This document shows positions 18,749 to 27,940 of a stretch of 36,739 nt of DNA, piece after piece. The number at the start of each line of letters is the position of its first letter. Within the stretch, counting starts at the first letter, position 1. Origin of the DNA: Candidatus Altiarchaeota archaeon (GTDB taxonomy: Archaea > Altiarchaeota > Altiarchaeia > IMC4 > SCGC-AAA252-I15); NCBI GenBank assembly GCA_043800255.1, contig JAZDNF010000014.1:1-36739 (forward strand), given 5' to 3'. The notes below the pieces were generated by a model, which had not been told where the DNA came from, ran no database searches, and saw only the letters and a list, made by a program, of their open reading frames with translations. Position numbers and translations under genes: made by a program.

Positions 18749-18832
18749 TGCGGGGGACGAGGTTTGAACTCGCGTAGGCCTACGCCACACGGCCCTCAAC
18801 CGTGCCCCTTTGACCAGCTCGGGCACCCCCGC
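18749..18832 (-). tRNA. tRNA-Leu(GAG)
   Basis: GCGGGGGTGCCCGAGCTGGTCAAAGGGG CACGG TTGAGGG CCGTG, long variable arm, GTTCAAAC T-loop; no encoded CCA. Confidence 0.95.
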
Positions 18833-18872
18833 ACGTGATTTAGGCGGACGCTGAGGGTTCAATTCCCCGCCG

Positions 18873-19481
18873 TCATTTTATTGCCTTCTCAAGTTCTTCC
18901 AAGTTTTTTTCGAATGATTCGAATGCCGCCCTCACAAGTTCTTTGAGAGACAGCTGACCGTATGATTCTACGATGAAATCGTATGTTCCCTTGGCTGTTT
19001 CATCGTATGCTGCGAGACCGCCCTGCCATTTTATGTGTTCGAAGCCTTTGCCGAGTCTGGCGTGAGCCTCAAGCTTTATCTCCTGGCTTGGCGCTAATTT
19101 CACAAGCTGCATTTCATCGTATACCGGCTTCACCTTAGGGTCTTCCGACTTAAGGTCCGCACTGTAGACCGTCTTAGGGCCTTTGACATCCAATGTCAGG
19201 ATTACAGTACACTTGCCGCAGCCCTTGCCCTCGCAGGTGCATTCTGCCGGCAGATTGTACGTCTTCAAATCTGTTGTCAATGGGACGAGACCCAATCTGT
19301 GAGCAAGTGTCTCATCGTTCATTATTGAGGAGTTGTTGTAGATGTCAACCTTTTCTATCGCAATTATCGGCACGGCGGATATGATACTCCTCCGGATGGC
19401 ATTTGCGTACTGGGAATTTATGCCACCTATCGTAAAGCTCATGCGGTTGTCCTTTGCCTTCACGTTTGTTATCTTCATCAT
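18873..19481 (-). CDS. rpoD: RNA polymerase subunit Rpo3 (D)
   Basis: [37 protein letters not shown]. Confidence 0.95.
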   Translation of the reverse strand: MMKITNVKAKDNRMSFTIGGINSQYANAIRRSIISAVPIIAIEKVDIYNNSSIMNDETLAHRLGLVPLTTDLKTYNLPAECTCEGKGCGKCTVILTLDVKGPKTVYSADLKSEDPKVKPVYDEMQLVKLAPSQEIKLEAHARLGKGFEHIKWQGGLAAYDETAKGTYDFIVESYGQLSLKELVRAAFESFEKNLEELEKAIK

Positions 19482-20086
19482 ACTCTCCTACCTCTCTTGC
19501 CTCCCTTCGCCCTGCATCCATCGTGGGGCATCGGGGTTACATCGTCAATGCGCCCGATTTTCAGGCCGCTCCTGGATATGGCTCTGATGGCTGCTTGAGC
19601 GCCTTTTCCAGGGTATCTTGGGCCCTGATGGCCGCCTGGAGCCCTTACCAGGATGTCGATTCCTATGATGCCTTTGTCTTTTAGGTCTTCCGCTATCTGC
19701 GACGCTGCCTGCATCGCAGCGTAAGGTGATGATTCCTCACGGTCTGATTTCACAATCTGGCCGCCGGACCTTATGCTGACTGTCTCAGCGCCGGTCATGT
19801 CCGTGACATGCAGTATTGTGTTGTTCTTAGACGAGTATATGTGGAGTTTGCCCCAGAGTCCCCTGAACTCCCGCTCATGCCTCTCGGGCTTAGGCTTCTG
19901 CGCGTCTTTGGATTTCACGTCCTCTGTCTTCGCTTCAGCAGCCTCTAGCTTACCCTTCTTGTCCTCTTGTTCAGACTCTTTCGCTTCAGGCTTCTCCTTA
20001 GCTGCCTTTGCCTTTTTCTCTTTCTTAGGGGCCTTCTTCTCCTTGGCCTTCCCCTCCTTAGTCTTTTCTGTCTTCTCCTTCTTCAT
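19478..20086 (-). CDS. rps11: 30S ribosomal protein S11 (uS11) with K/E-rich N-terminal extension
   Basis: [39 protein letters not shown]. Confidence 0.95.
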   Translation of the reverse strand: MKKEKTEKTKEGKAKEKKAPKKEKKAKAAKEKPEAKESEQEDKKGKLEAAEAKTEDVKSKDAQKPKPERHEREFRGLWGKLHIYSSKNNTILHVTDMTGAETVSIRSGGQIVKSDREESSPYAAMQAASQIAEDLKDKGIIGIDILVRAPGGHQGPRYPGKGAQAAIRAISRSGLKIGRIDDVTPMPHDGCRAKGGKRGRRV

Positions 20087-20693
20087 TTCCTCTCTTCGCC
20101 TCTTCTTTCACGGCTTCCTCTCCGGCCTGCTTCACTTCTTTGGGTTTCTCTGCTTCAACTTTGATTCCCGTTCCAGTAGCATCGGGCTTCTCAGCCTGCT
20201 TCTTTTTCGCAGATGCGATGACGAAGCCCTCAACCAGTCTCACGCTTTCCTCCTCGTCTTTTGAGACCTTGTAGCTTGGGACATTTACTATGTTATCGCC
20301 GACAACCACTTTCTTGTGGACGATCAACTGCCTAGCCTGCTTAGGCGTGTTGGCCAGGCCTTTTTTGAACACGAGAGTCTGAAGCCTTCTCTCCAGCAGG
20401 TCTTCAACAGTCAAGGTCAGGATATCCTCCAATGAGTTTGAAGTCGTAACCCCCATCCTGTTCAGCTTCTTTATCAGTTTCTCGGCCTCCTTCTTCGACT
20501 CCTCCTTTGCCGAGCCTAGAAGCAGCCTAGCCTGCTGCCTGAATCTGGCTATGGTGGATTTCGCCCGCCAGACCTCCCTCTTGTTGCTGAGCCCGTATTT
20601 TTTCGACAGCTCATTCTCGGATATTATCCGCTCAGCCTTCCACGGGTGGGTTGGCGCAGAATACTTCCTCCGTTGTTTTCTAGGATCTCCCAT
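20058..20693 (-). CDS. rps4: 30S ribosomal protein S4 (uS4)
   Basis: [29 protein letters not shown]. Confidence 0.96.
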   Translation of the reverse strand: MGDPRKQRRKYSAPTHPWKAERIISENELSKKYGLSNKREVWRAKSTIARFRQQARLLLGSAKEESKKEAEKLIKKLNRMGVTTSNSLEDILTLTVEDLLERRLQTLVFKKGLANTPKQARQLIVHKKVVVGDNIVNVPSYKVSKDEEESVRLVEGFVIASAKKKQAEKPDATGTGIKVEAEKPKEVKQAGEEAVKEEAKRGNEEGEDRKD

Positions 20694-20699
20694 AGTCTA

Positions 20700-21260
20700 T
20701 CATTCCTTCTTTTCGGCCTTAGCAGCTGCCGCCGCCGCAAGCTGCTTCTTCCTTGATACTCCGACGGCTGGGCCATGTCTGAATGTCGACCTTGTGCGCT
20801 GGCCTCTGACTGGCAGGCCGAATGAGTGCCTCATCCCCTTGTAGGATCTCATCTTCTTGTGCCTGTCGATGTCTCCTCGCTGGGCCATGTCAAGTTCAGG
20901 GCCTATGAGATGAAGATTCTCTCCTGTCTCAATATTCGAGCGCCTGTTCATCATATGCGGCGGCACGTGCTTGCTGAGGTTGCTCAGAGTCTCCTCGATT
21001 TTTTCGATTTCCTTGTCAGACAATGTGCCAAGCTTCCTCCCCTTCTCAAAGTTTAATATGGAGGACACCTTTTTAGCCATCTGCAGGCCGATGCCCTTTA
21101 TCTTAGTTATGGCCGTTGTGACAGACTGGTTACCTTCCAAGACCACGCCAGAAACCCTGACCCTATGCTTGAAATCAGCATCAAACTGTTCAGGGCTTGC
21201 GGCCGCCTCTTTCGGCTTTTCCTCCCTCACCTTCTTAGGTTTCTTCTCCGTCTTATCCAT
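20700..21260 (-). CDS. rps13: 30S ribosomal protein S13 (uS13)
   Basis: IKGIG, SYKGMRH..GLPVRGQRTRS. Confidence 0.96.
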   Translation of the reverse strand: MDKTEKKPKKVREEKPKEAAASPEQFDADFKHRVRVSGVVLEGNQSVTTAITKIKGIGLQMAKKVSSILNFEKGRKLGTLSDKEIEKIEETLSNLSKHVPPHMMNRRSNIETGENLHLIGPELDMAQRGDIDRHKKMRSYKGMRHSFGLPVRGQRTRSTFRHGPAVGVSRKKQLAAAAAAKAEKKE

Positions 21261-21297
21261 CTTATCCTATAGCACCCAACCAGAGTATACTATTTTA

Positions 21298-21408
21298 CGC
21301 CGAGGTTGAGATTTGAACTCAAGTGTCCCCGAAGGAACACGGGCTCACTTGTCTTTTTAACGTGAAAACTCAAGGCCCGCGCATTAATCCGTGCTCTGCC
21401 ACCTCGGC
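21298..21408 (-). tRNA. tRNA-Ser(TGA) with 23-nt canonical intron (21346-21368)
   Basis: GCCGAGG/CCTCGGC acceptor, CGGGC-CTTGAG|intron|A-GCCCG, long variable arm; BHB central helix CTTG/CAAG with bulges AGT and TGA. Confidence 0.93.
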
Positions 21409-21515
21409 ATGAAATGGCGAGGCTGGCGACCTCTTAGGTCGAGTTCGCCTCGGCACGTGAGATTTCTCGTCTAGGGTTTTTTTAACCCGACTAAACCACA
21501 AGGGCTGAGTTATGA

Positions 21516-21537
21516 TTTAATATTCTTGTCTATATAA
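21516..21537. promoter_or_regulatory. Overlapping divergent TATA boxes (r-protein operon and MBL gene)
   Basis: TTATATA on minus (21531-21537) and TTTAATA on plus (21516-21522) upstream of ATG 21543. Confidence 0.5.
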
Positions 21538-21542
21538 GTTAC

Positions 21543-22160
21543 ATGATTCTTTCAGTCCTGTCGGATTCCTCGTCCTCAAACTCTTACATAGTCGGAGACG
21601 GTGACTGCGCCATAATAGACGCGGGCATGAATCCTTCCAAGGTCCTGGAGAAAATCAATGAAATACATATTATGCATTATGTATTTATAAATACGCACTG
21701 CCACTTTGACCATGTCGGATTCCTCCAAAATCTGGGGGAAAGCGAGGTTATGATGCACTATCTGGATGCTGAAGCTGTGGAGAAGGCTGATGAGGGCAGG
21801 ATACTGTCCAGCCTCTTTGGAACCTGCTTAAAGCCCATCAAGGTGAGCAGGAAGCTTGAGGACGGCGAAAGAATACGCCTGGGGAAGATGATATTGGAGG
21901 TAGTTCACACGCCGGGGCACACGCCGGGGAGCATGTGCCTTTACGAGCCTGAAACGAAGTCGCTGTTCACCGGCGACACACTCTTCAAGGACGGCGTCGG
22001 CAGGACCGACTTCCCTGGGGGGAGCTTCAAGCAGTTAAAAGAGTCCGTTGAGAAGCTCGTTGAACTGCATGACAGCAGAGGCGTTGGCATCATCTACCCA
22101 GGACACGGCCAAATTGGAAAAGGAGAGGCTATCAGAAAAGTTTATGACATGATTTTCTGA
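21543..22160 (+). CDS. MBL-fold metallo-hydrolase (glyoxalase II-like)
   Basis: THCHFDH, HTPGHTPG, FTGD, YPGHG. Confidence 0.9.
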   Translation: MILSVLSDSSSSNSYIVGDGDCAIIDAGMNPSKVLEKINEIHIMHYVFINTHCHFDHVGFLQNLGESEVMMHYLDAEAVEKADEGRILSSLFGTCLKPIKVSRKLEDGERIRLGKMILEVVHTPGHTPGSMCLYEPETKSLFTGDTLFKDGVGRTDFPGGSFKQLKESVEKLVELHDSRGVGIIYPGHGQIGKGEAIRKVYDMIF

Positions 22161-22162
22161 AA

Positions 22163-22807
22163 ATGAGAGCAGTATTGTTCGACCTGGATGGGGTGCTGGT
22201 TGATACTGAGGTCATCTCGAGAGAAGCCTCTGACAGGGTTCTTAAAGAGGTTGGCATATCGCAGACAGACGAGGAAAGGAAGAAAGTCTTCGGCAGGAGA
22301 ACCTTTGAGAACTATAAGGCAGCCATAGAAGCCAGAGGCCTTGACATCGACCCCCAGAAACTCGTGGATAAGAAGAACGAGCTATTCAAGAAGATGATAA
22401 GGGGGAGGTTGAAGCCGCTGCCCGGCATAGGAAAGCTGCTGGCCTCCCTAAAAGAGGCAGGCTACAAGCTTGCTGTCGTCTCCTCCAGCCCCGAAGGGAG
22501 AGTCTATGCGACACTCGATGAAGTGAAACTTACCAGCAAGTTCGACGCTATCGTCACAGGCGACTGCTGCGTTAAAGGCAAGCCGAACCCGGAGCCTTTT
22601 CTAGTAGCAGCCAAGAGGATAGGAGTCAGGCCGAGCGAGTGCGTGGTCGTGGAGGATGCTGAAATCGGCGTCGAAGCCGCGAAAGCCGCTGGGATGAAAG
22701 TCATAGCAGTGAAAAGCCCCAACACCTTCGGACAGAACCTGAACAAAGCGGACATGGTATTAGACGGCACTGAGAAGCTCACTCTTAGGATAGTGGAGGG
22801 TGGGTGA
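22163..22807 (+). CDS. HAD family phosphatase (beta-PGM-like)
   Basis: FDLDGVLVDT, VSSS, KPNPE, VVEDA. Confidence 0.9.
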   Translation: MRAVLFDLDGVLVDTEVISREASDRVLKEVGISQTDEERKKVFGRRTFENYKAAIEARGLDIDPQKLVDKKNELFKKMIRGRLKPLPGIGKLLASLKEAGYKLAVVSSSPEGRVYATLDEVKLTSKFDAIVTGDCCVKGKPNPEPFLVAAKRIGVRPSECVVVEDAEIGVEAAKAAGMKVIAVKSPNTFGQNLNKADMVLDGTEKLTLRIVEGG

Positions 22808-23919
22808 TGGAATGCTCATATCATATGCCAACGAGGATGGTGTTCGGATGCGACAGCCTGTCCCAGCTCGACGGGATTGTGAGACCATTCGAACCCGGGA
22901 AGATTCTACTGGTCACAGGCGGGTCGGCGATGAAAAAGCTGAGAGTGACTGATAGGATAGTATCCCTGCTTGGAGACTATGATGTTTCAGTCTTCGACGG
23001 TGTCGAATCCAATCCCTCGGTGGAGACTGTCGATTCCGCAACCAAAGAGGCTTCGGACTGCAACATGATTATCGGATTAGGAGGCGGCTCGGTTTTAGAC
23101 GCTGGCAAAGTCATTGCCTTGTTAGCTGTCAACGGCGGCTCAGCTTCAGGCTGTCTGACAGGCAGGAAAGTGGAAAAGAAGGGCTTGCCTTTTATTGCAG
23201 TCCCCACCACATCGGGCACCGGCTCCGAGGTCACTGGAATCTCAGTCCTCACAGACAAAAAAATCAAAAACAAAGAAAGTTTCAGGAGTGATCTCATATA
23301 CCCTGACGTCGCCCTAGTAGACCCGATGCTAACGGTCACTATGCCGCCTAAGGTTACTGCTGCTTCAGGGTTGGACGCCCTGACACACGCTTTCGAATCT
23401 TACGTTTCAAAAAAAGCCTCCCCAATCACGGAAGCATTCTCACTGGCGTCTGCCCAAATCGTGTGGGATAATATATTGGAGGCTTACAATGAGGGAAGTA
23501 ACGTCACTGCAAGGGCTAACATGTCACTCGGCAGTATGCTAGCCGGTCTAGCATTCAGCAACTGCGGGTGCGGTGCCTGCCACGGCATCTCCTACCCCCT
23601 CACTTTTGATTTTGGAGTGGAACACGGCATCGCATGCGCGATTCTGCTACCCCACATTATAAGATTCAACATGGACGCTTCCGGGAAGAAGTATGAGAGG
23701 CTGGCAAAGACGGTAGGGTTAAAGTCCGCCTCGGATTTAATAAGAGAGACTGCGCAATTATGTGAATCCTTAGGAGTTCCAAAACTCAGCGAGGTCGGAG
23801 TCAAACCCGACGACATCCCAAAAATCATCGACAAAAGCTTCTCAGGGTCGATGAAATGCAACCCCCGAGAGGCGACAAAAGAGAACCTAACAGAGCTTCT
23901 CAAGAGGATGATAAGATGA
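22807..23919 (+). CDS. Iron-containing alcohol dehydrogenase
   Basis: GGGSVLDAGK, PTTSGTGSE, DALTHAFE, H...HG metal ligands. Confidence 0.9.
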   Translation: MECSYHMPTRMVFGCDSLSQLDGIVRPFEPGKILLVTGGSAMKKLRVTDRIVSLLGDYDVSVFDGVESNPSVETVDSATKEASDCNMIIGLGGGSVLDAGKVIALLAVNGGSASGCLTGRKVEKKGLPFIAVPTTSGTGSEVTGISVLTDKKIKNKESFRSDLIYPDVALVDPMLTVTMPPKVTAASGLDALTHAFESYVSKKASPITEAFSLASAQIVWDNILEAYNEGSNVTARANMSLGSMLAGLAFSNCGCGACHGISYPLTFDFGVEHGIACAILLPHIIRFNMDASGKKYERLAKTVGLKSASDLIRETAQLCESLGVPKLSEVGVKPDDIPKIIDKSFSGSMKCNPREATKENLTELLKRMIR

Positions 23920-25625
23920 GAATTGCGATACTGGACAAGGACAGGTGCAAGCCCAAGGACTGTAATTACCTTTGCATTAGGATGTGCCCTATAGTGAAAA
24001 CTGGGGGAGAGGCTATCGTAGTCGATGATGAGACGAAGAAGCCGGTCATTTCGGAGGACATGTGCACCGGATGCGGCATCTGCGTGAAAAAATGCCCCTT
24101 CGAAGCCATCACCATAATCAACCTCCCTGAAGAGCTGGGAGACCCGGTCCACCAGTTCGGAGTCAACGGGTTCCGACTGTATAATCTGCCGGTGCCGAAG
24201 AAGGGCGTCGTCGGCCTGGTGGGGGCGAACGGCATAGGGAAGACAACGGCGTTGAAGATACTCTCAGGAGAATTGAAACCCAACCTGGGAGCGGAAGCCG
24301 ACTGGTCTGACATCATGGAGAGGTTCAGAGGCAACGAGATACAGAATCACGTAGAAGCCCTGTCGGAGAAGAGGATAAAAGCAGTCTACAAGCCACAGTA
24401 TGTTGACGCCATACCAAGGCACTATCCTGGCAAAGTTAAAGAGCTGCTGGAGAAGGCTGATGAGAGAGGATGCTATAAGGATATCGTCAGCAGGCTGGAG
24501 ATAGGATCATCCCTCCAGAAGGACATAACAGAATTGAGCGGGGGCGAACTGCAGAGGGTTGCCATCACAGCGTGCCTATCAAGGGACGCTGACATCTACC
24601 TGTTGGACGAGCCTTCAAGCTACCTTGATGTGAGAGAAAGGTTGAACGTGGCGAGGCTCATAAGAAGCCTCAACGACAGATACATCATGGTGGTCGAACA
24701 CGACCTCATCGTATTAGACTACCTGTCAGACTACGTGCACGTCACCTTCGGAACCAGCGGAGCATACGGGATAATATCGAACATCAAAGGCGTCAGGGTC
24801 GGCATAAACGAGTACTTGGGAGGCTTCCTGAAGAGCGAGAACATGCGCTTCAGGAAGGAGATAAAATTCGACGTCAAGCCGCCGAAGGACACCGTACGGA
24901 GGGAGACGCTGGTGGAGTATCCTGAGATTGGGAAAAAATTTGACAGGTTCACGCTTAAGGTGGAGGCTGGCGCAGTATACAAGCCAAACATCCTGGGCAT
25001 ACTCGGGCCGAACGCGACAGGCAAGACGACATTTGCGAAGATACTGGCAGGAGAGCTGAAACCCGATGGCGAAGAGCTTAAGCTAAACGTCAGAATATCC
25101 TACAAGCCGCAGTACATCAGAACGTCTGATGAGCCTGTCGCAACCCTGAAGATAAAAAACGAGCTTGTGGAAACATTCAGGCTTCACAACCTGATGGACA
25201 GGACGCTGTCGCAGCTGAGCGGGGGCGAACTGCAGAGAGTCGCGATAGCAGACTGCCTATCAAGGGACGCGCATGTCTACCTTTTAGATGAGCCGTCAGC
25301 CTACCTTGACATCGAAGAACGCCTCTCCCTTTCGAAGCTCCTGAAGAAGTTCGCATACGATAATGACACCTCTGTGATGGTCATAGACCACGACATCCTG
25401 CTGGTAGACTACCTGTCCGAGGAGATGATGGTCTTCGCAGGAACGCCCGGAGTCGAAGGCCACGCAGGCAAGCCCACCAATTTGAAGAGGGGGATGAACG
25501 CGTTCCTGAAGCAGATGGACGTGACATTCAGAAGAGACCCTGAATCAGGAAGGCCGAGAGCCAACAAGCAGGAATCCGTGAAAGACAGGGAACAGAGAAG
25601 CAGGGGAGAATACTACTACGCCTAG
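23916..25625 (+). CDS. Ribosome recycling ATPase ABCE1 (Rli1)
   Basis: N-terminal Fe-S domain (CTGCGICVKKCP), two NBDs with LSGGELQR, C-terminal GEYYY. Confidence 0.96.
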   Translation: MRIAILDKDRCKPKDCNYLCIRMCPIVKTGGEAIVVDDETKKPVISEDMCTGCGICVKKCPFEAITIINLPEELGDPVHQFGVNGFRLYNLPVPKKGVVGLVGANGIGKTTALKILSGELKPNLGAEADWSDIMERFRGNEIQNHVEALSEKRIKAVYKPQYVDAIPRHYPGKVKELLEKADERGCYKDIVSRLEIGSSLQKDITELSGGELQRVAITACLSRDADIYLLDEPSSYLDVRERLNVARLIRSLNDRYIMVVEHDLIVLDYLSDYVHVTFGTSGAYGIISNIKGVRVGINEYLGGFLKSENMRFRKEIKFDVKPPKDTVRRETLVEYPEIGKKFDRFTLKVEAGAVYKPNILGILGPNATGKTTFAKILAGELKPDGEELKLNVRISYKPQYIRTSDEPVATLKIKNELVETFRLHNLMDRTLSQLSGGELQRVAIADCLSRDAHVYLLDEPSAYLDIEERLSLSKLLKKFAYDNDTSVMVIDHDILLVDYLSEEMMVFAGTPGVEGHAGKPTNLKRGMNAFLKQMDVTFRRDPESGRPRANKQESVKDREQRSRGEYYYA

Positions 25626-26920
25626 GGAGTCAGCCGTGTCCTGTCCCGTGGGAAGAGGACGCACTCTCTGATGTTGTCAACGCCGGTTAAGGTCTCGGTT
25701 ATCCTCTCAGCGCCGATGCTCCACCCTCCGTGAGGCGGCATACCGTACCTGAATGCTCTCAGGTAGAATTCGAAGTTATCAGGGTTCAGGCCTCTTGACT
25801 TTATCGCCTGCACAAGCTGGTCGACATCGTGTATGCGCTGGGCTCCGGAGGCGAGCTCTAAGCCAGAATAAAGCATGTCGAACGCTCCGCAGATTTTGGG
25901 GTTGCCGTCCAACGGCCGGGAATAGAATGCCCTTATCTCCGTAGGCCAGTGTGTTATGAAGAATGGGTCCTTGAACTCCGAGCATATCAGCTTCTCAGCC
26001 TCGGTTGTGAGGTCGCTGCCCCACTTCAGCTTCAAACCCTTCTTGTCAAGCAGGCTCAGGACTTCGTCGTATGTTATCCTCTGGAAGGGAAGCTCAGGCA
26101 CTTTAAGGTCTCTGCCGAGGGCTTCCAATTCCCTGCCGCATTCTTCCGAGACCTTGGAGAAGATGTGATGGGTGACTCCCTCAAGCTCCTCAAGAACATC
26201 CTCCTCATCCTTGATGTAAGCCTTCTCGATGTCCATCTGATAGACTTCATTCAGATGTTTGGTGGTGTTATGAAGCTCGGCCCTGAAGACGGGCATCGTT
26301 ATCATAACCTTGTCAAAGCCTGAACCCATCAGCATCTGCTTGTAAAGCTGGGGAGACTGAGCCAGAAAAGCCTCCTTCTCGAAGTAGGTTATTGCAAACA
26401 GGTCCGTCCCGCCCTCGGAGGCCGCGGCGATTATGCTCGGCGGGTTTATCTCGATGAATCCTCTCCCTATGAAGAACTCCCTGAACGCCTCCTGAACCTT
26501 AGACCTGATCTTGAATATTGCCCCAACCCCCGGCCTGCGGACGTCCATGAACCTGCTGTTAAGCCTGGTGTCCAAATCAGCTGGAACCTTGCCTGTAACG
26601 TCCAACGGAAGAGGCGACGCGGAAGAGGCGATGAGATTTACCTCTGAGGGAAATATCTCGATGCCGCCCGGAGCCTGCTTGTTCCTCTTCACGGTCCCTT
26701 TGACCTGGACTACGGACTCCTTGCTGTAGGAGTCTATAGAATTTAGGACGCTCTCGCCTGTCACGCCCTTCTTGGCAATCACTTGGACAAGGCCGCCGCG
26801 GTCCCTCAGGAGTATGAATTTCAGCCTGCCGAGGTCTCTTACCTCGTGCACCCAACCTGCGAGGATGACGTCTGAGCCGTCTTCAAGCGATTCCAGTTCG
26901 TTCGAGTAGTGGGATCTCAT
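25622..26920 (-). CDS. aspS: Aspartyl-tRNA synthetase, archaeal, probably non-discriminating
   Basis: GWVHEVRDLG, NKQAPGG (Pro in L1 loop), LAQSPQLYKQ, GMPPHGG, FPRD. Confidence 0.93.
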   Translation of the reverse strand: MRSHYSNELESLEDGSDVILAGWVHEVRDLGRLKFILLRDRGGLVQVIAKKGVTGESVLNSIDSYSKESVVQVKGTVKRNKQAPGGIEIFPSEVNLIASSASPLPLDVTGKVPADLDTRLNSRFMDVRRPGVGAIFKIRSKVQEAFREFFIGRGFIEINPPSIIAAASEGGTDLFAITYFEKEAFLAQSPQLYKQMLMGSGFDKVMITMPVFRAELHNTTKHLNEVYQMDIEKAYIKDEEDVLEELEGVTHHIFSKVSEECGRELEALGRDLKVPELPFQRITYDEVLSLLDKKGLKLKWGSDLTTEAEKLICSEFKDPFFITHWPTEIRAFYSRPLDGNPKICGAFDMLYSGLELASGAQRIHDVDQLVQAIKSRGLNPDNFEFYLRAFRYGMPPHGGWSIGAERITETLTGVDNIRECVLFPRDRTRLTP

Positions 26921-26921
26921 A

Positions 26922-27410
26922 TTAGTTGAATACGATGTCAACAGGATGCTCTGATAGGGAGGTTATGACCCTCTTAAGGTCGTCATATCCCATCCTCAGC
27001 CTGCTTTTGTCAGCCTCTCTCAGCCTTATCCGCCGCAGCGTCGTTCCGTCTGACCGCAACACCCTGTTTATCTCCACGACCTTCGCCGGAGCCGCGAGGC
27101 TGACGACCATCTCATCAAAGTTGCCGGTGCCTATTATCCTGACAGGCTTGCCCAGCCTCTTCGAGATGTTCTTTATGTTAGTCCCGTCCCTGCCGATGAG
27201 CTTGCCGACCTTCTCGTTTGAGACGAGGACTATGATTGAACTCTCAGTCTCGATCGAACGCTCGAACCCTATGTCCTCGAAATCCATCTCAAACAGTATC
27301 TTGGAAAGCTCAACGTCTATCTCTGATATCTTTCCCTCCTGAAGATTCTTCTCGCACATTCTGCAGAGCAGGCCTGTTTTCGCACAAACCTCGCATATTG
27401 GCAACGACAT
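26922..27410 (-). CDS. NusA-like KH protein with N-terminal Cys4 motif (archaeal paralog)
   Basis: PICEVCAKTGLLCRMC, KH GKLIGRDG. Confidence 0.8.
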   Translation of the reverse strand: MSLPICEVCAKTGLLCRMCEKNLQEGKISEIDVELSKILFEMDFEDIGFERSIETESSIIVLVSNEKVGKLIGRDGTNIKNISKRLGKPVRIIGTGNFDEMVVSLAAPAKVVEINRVLRSDGTTLRRIRLREADKSRLRMGYDDLKRVITSLSEHPVDIVFN

Positions 27411-27417
27411 CTTTTAT

Positions 27418-27753
27418 TCAAGACTTGGAGAGGGTTATCTCTATGGCCGAAACCTTGATAAGCCCCTCATCGCCCTGAATCTCCTCCGTGGAGATTTCTA
27501 TCTTAGTGGGCACAATACCTGGGATGAATCTCTGTCTGACAACCTCCGCGGTGTCAACGGCCCTGCTTATCGCCTTACCCCTCGCCTTTATCACGACCTC
27601 GCTCTCGCCGTTGTTGAACTGCGTGACGACGGCAAGAACGTAGCTCATTATACCCTTCTTGCCGATAAAGACTACGTTGTCGTCTCTGCCTTTGCCTGCG
27701 TACTCAACTGGTCCCTCATCATAAACCGAGCTTTCGTCTTCCATCGGGTTCAC
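27418..27753 (-). CDS. albA: Chromatin protein Alba
   Basis: [34 protein letters not shown]. Confidence 0.95.
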   Translation of the reverse strand: MNPMEDESSVYDEGPVEYAGKGRDDNVVFIGKKGIMSYVLAVVTQFNNGESEVVIKARGKAISRAVDTAEVVRQRFIPGIVPTKIEISTEEIQGDEGLIKVSAIEITLSKS

Positions 27754-27754
27754 C

Positions 27755-27940
27755 TCATTGTGTTACTTTTATCGCCCCTACAGGGCATCCGGCCTCGCAC
27801 GCCATGCACAGCACACAGCTGTCCTTGTCGCCGGTCACCTTGAGCTTGTCATCAACCAGAGAGTAGAGGTTCACCGGGCACGCGTTCACGCACGCACCGC
27901 AGGTTATGCACTTATCGTTGTCGACTTTTATGCTAGCCAT
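27755..27940 (-). CDS. 2[4Fe-4S] ferredoxin
   Basis: Two CxxCxxCxxxCP motifs. Confidence 0.92.
   Translation of the reverse strand: MASIKVDNDKCITCGACVNACPVNLYSLVDDKLKVTGDKDSCVLCMACEAGCPVGAIKVTQ

Noticed and set aside
21346-21368. tRNA-Ser intron as a novelty
   Set aside because: Canonical 37/38 position with a standard BHB; ordinary for archaea.
21455-21505. Minus-strand GCCCTTGTGGTTTAGTCGGGTTA resembles a tRNA 5' half (split or pseudo-tRNA)
   Set aside because: The D stem and anticodon arm do not close properly, and I found no matching 3' half in the window.
23856-23915. N-terminal extensions on ABCE1 (also rfcS, aspS and the 12768 ORF) in the ORF track
   Set aside because: Artefacts of longest-ORF calling; downstream ATGs match family starts and operon coupling.
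21543-23919. MBL-HAD-FeADH as a dedicated novel pathway
   Set aside because: All three are generic families and the sequence gives no substrate clue; adjacency alone is insufficient.
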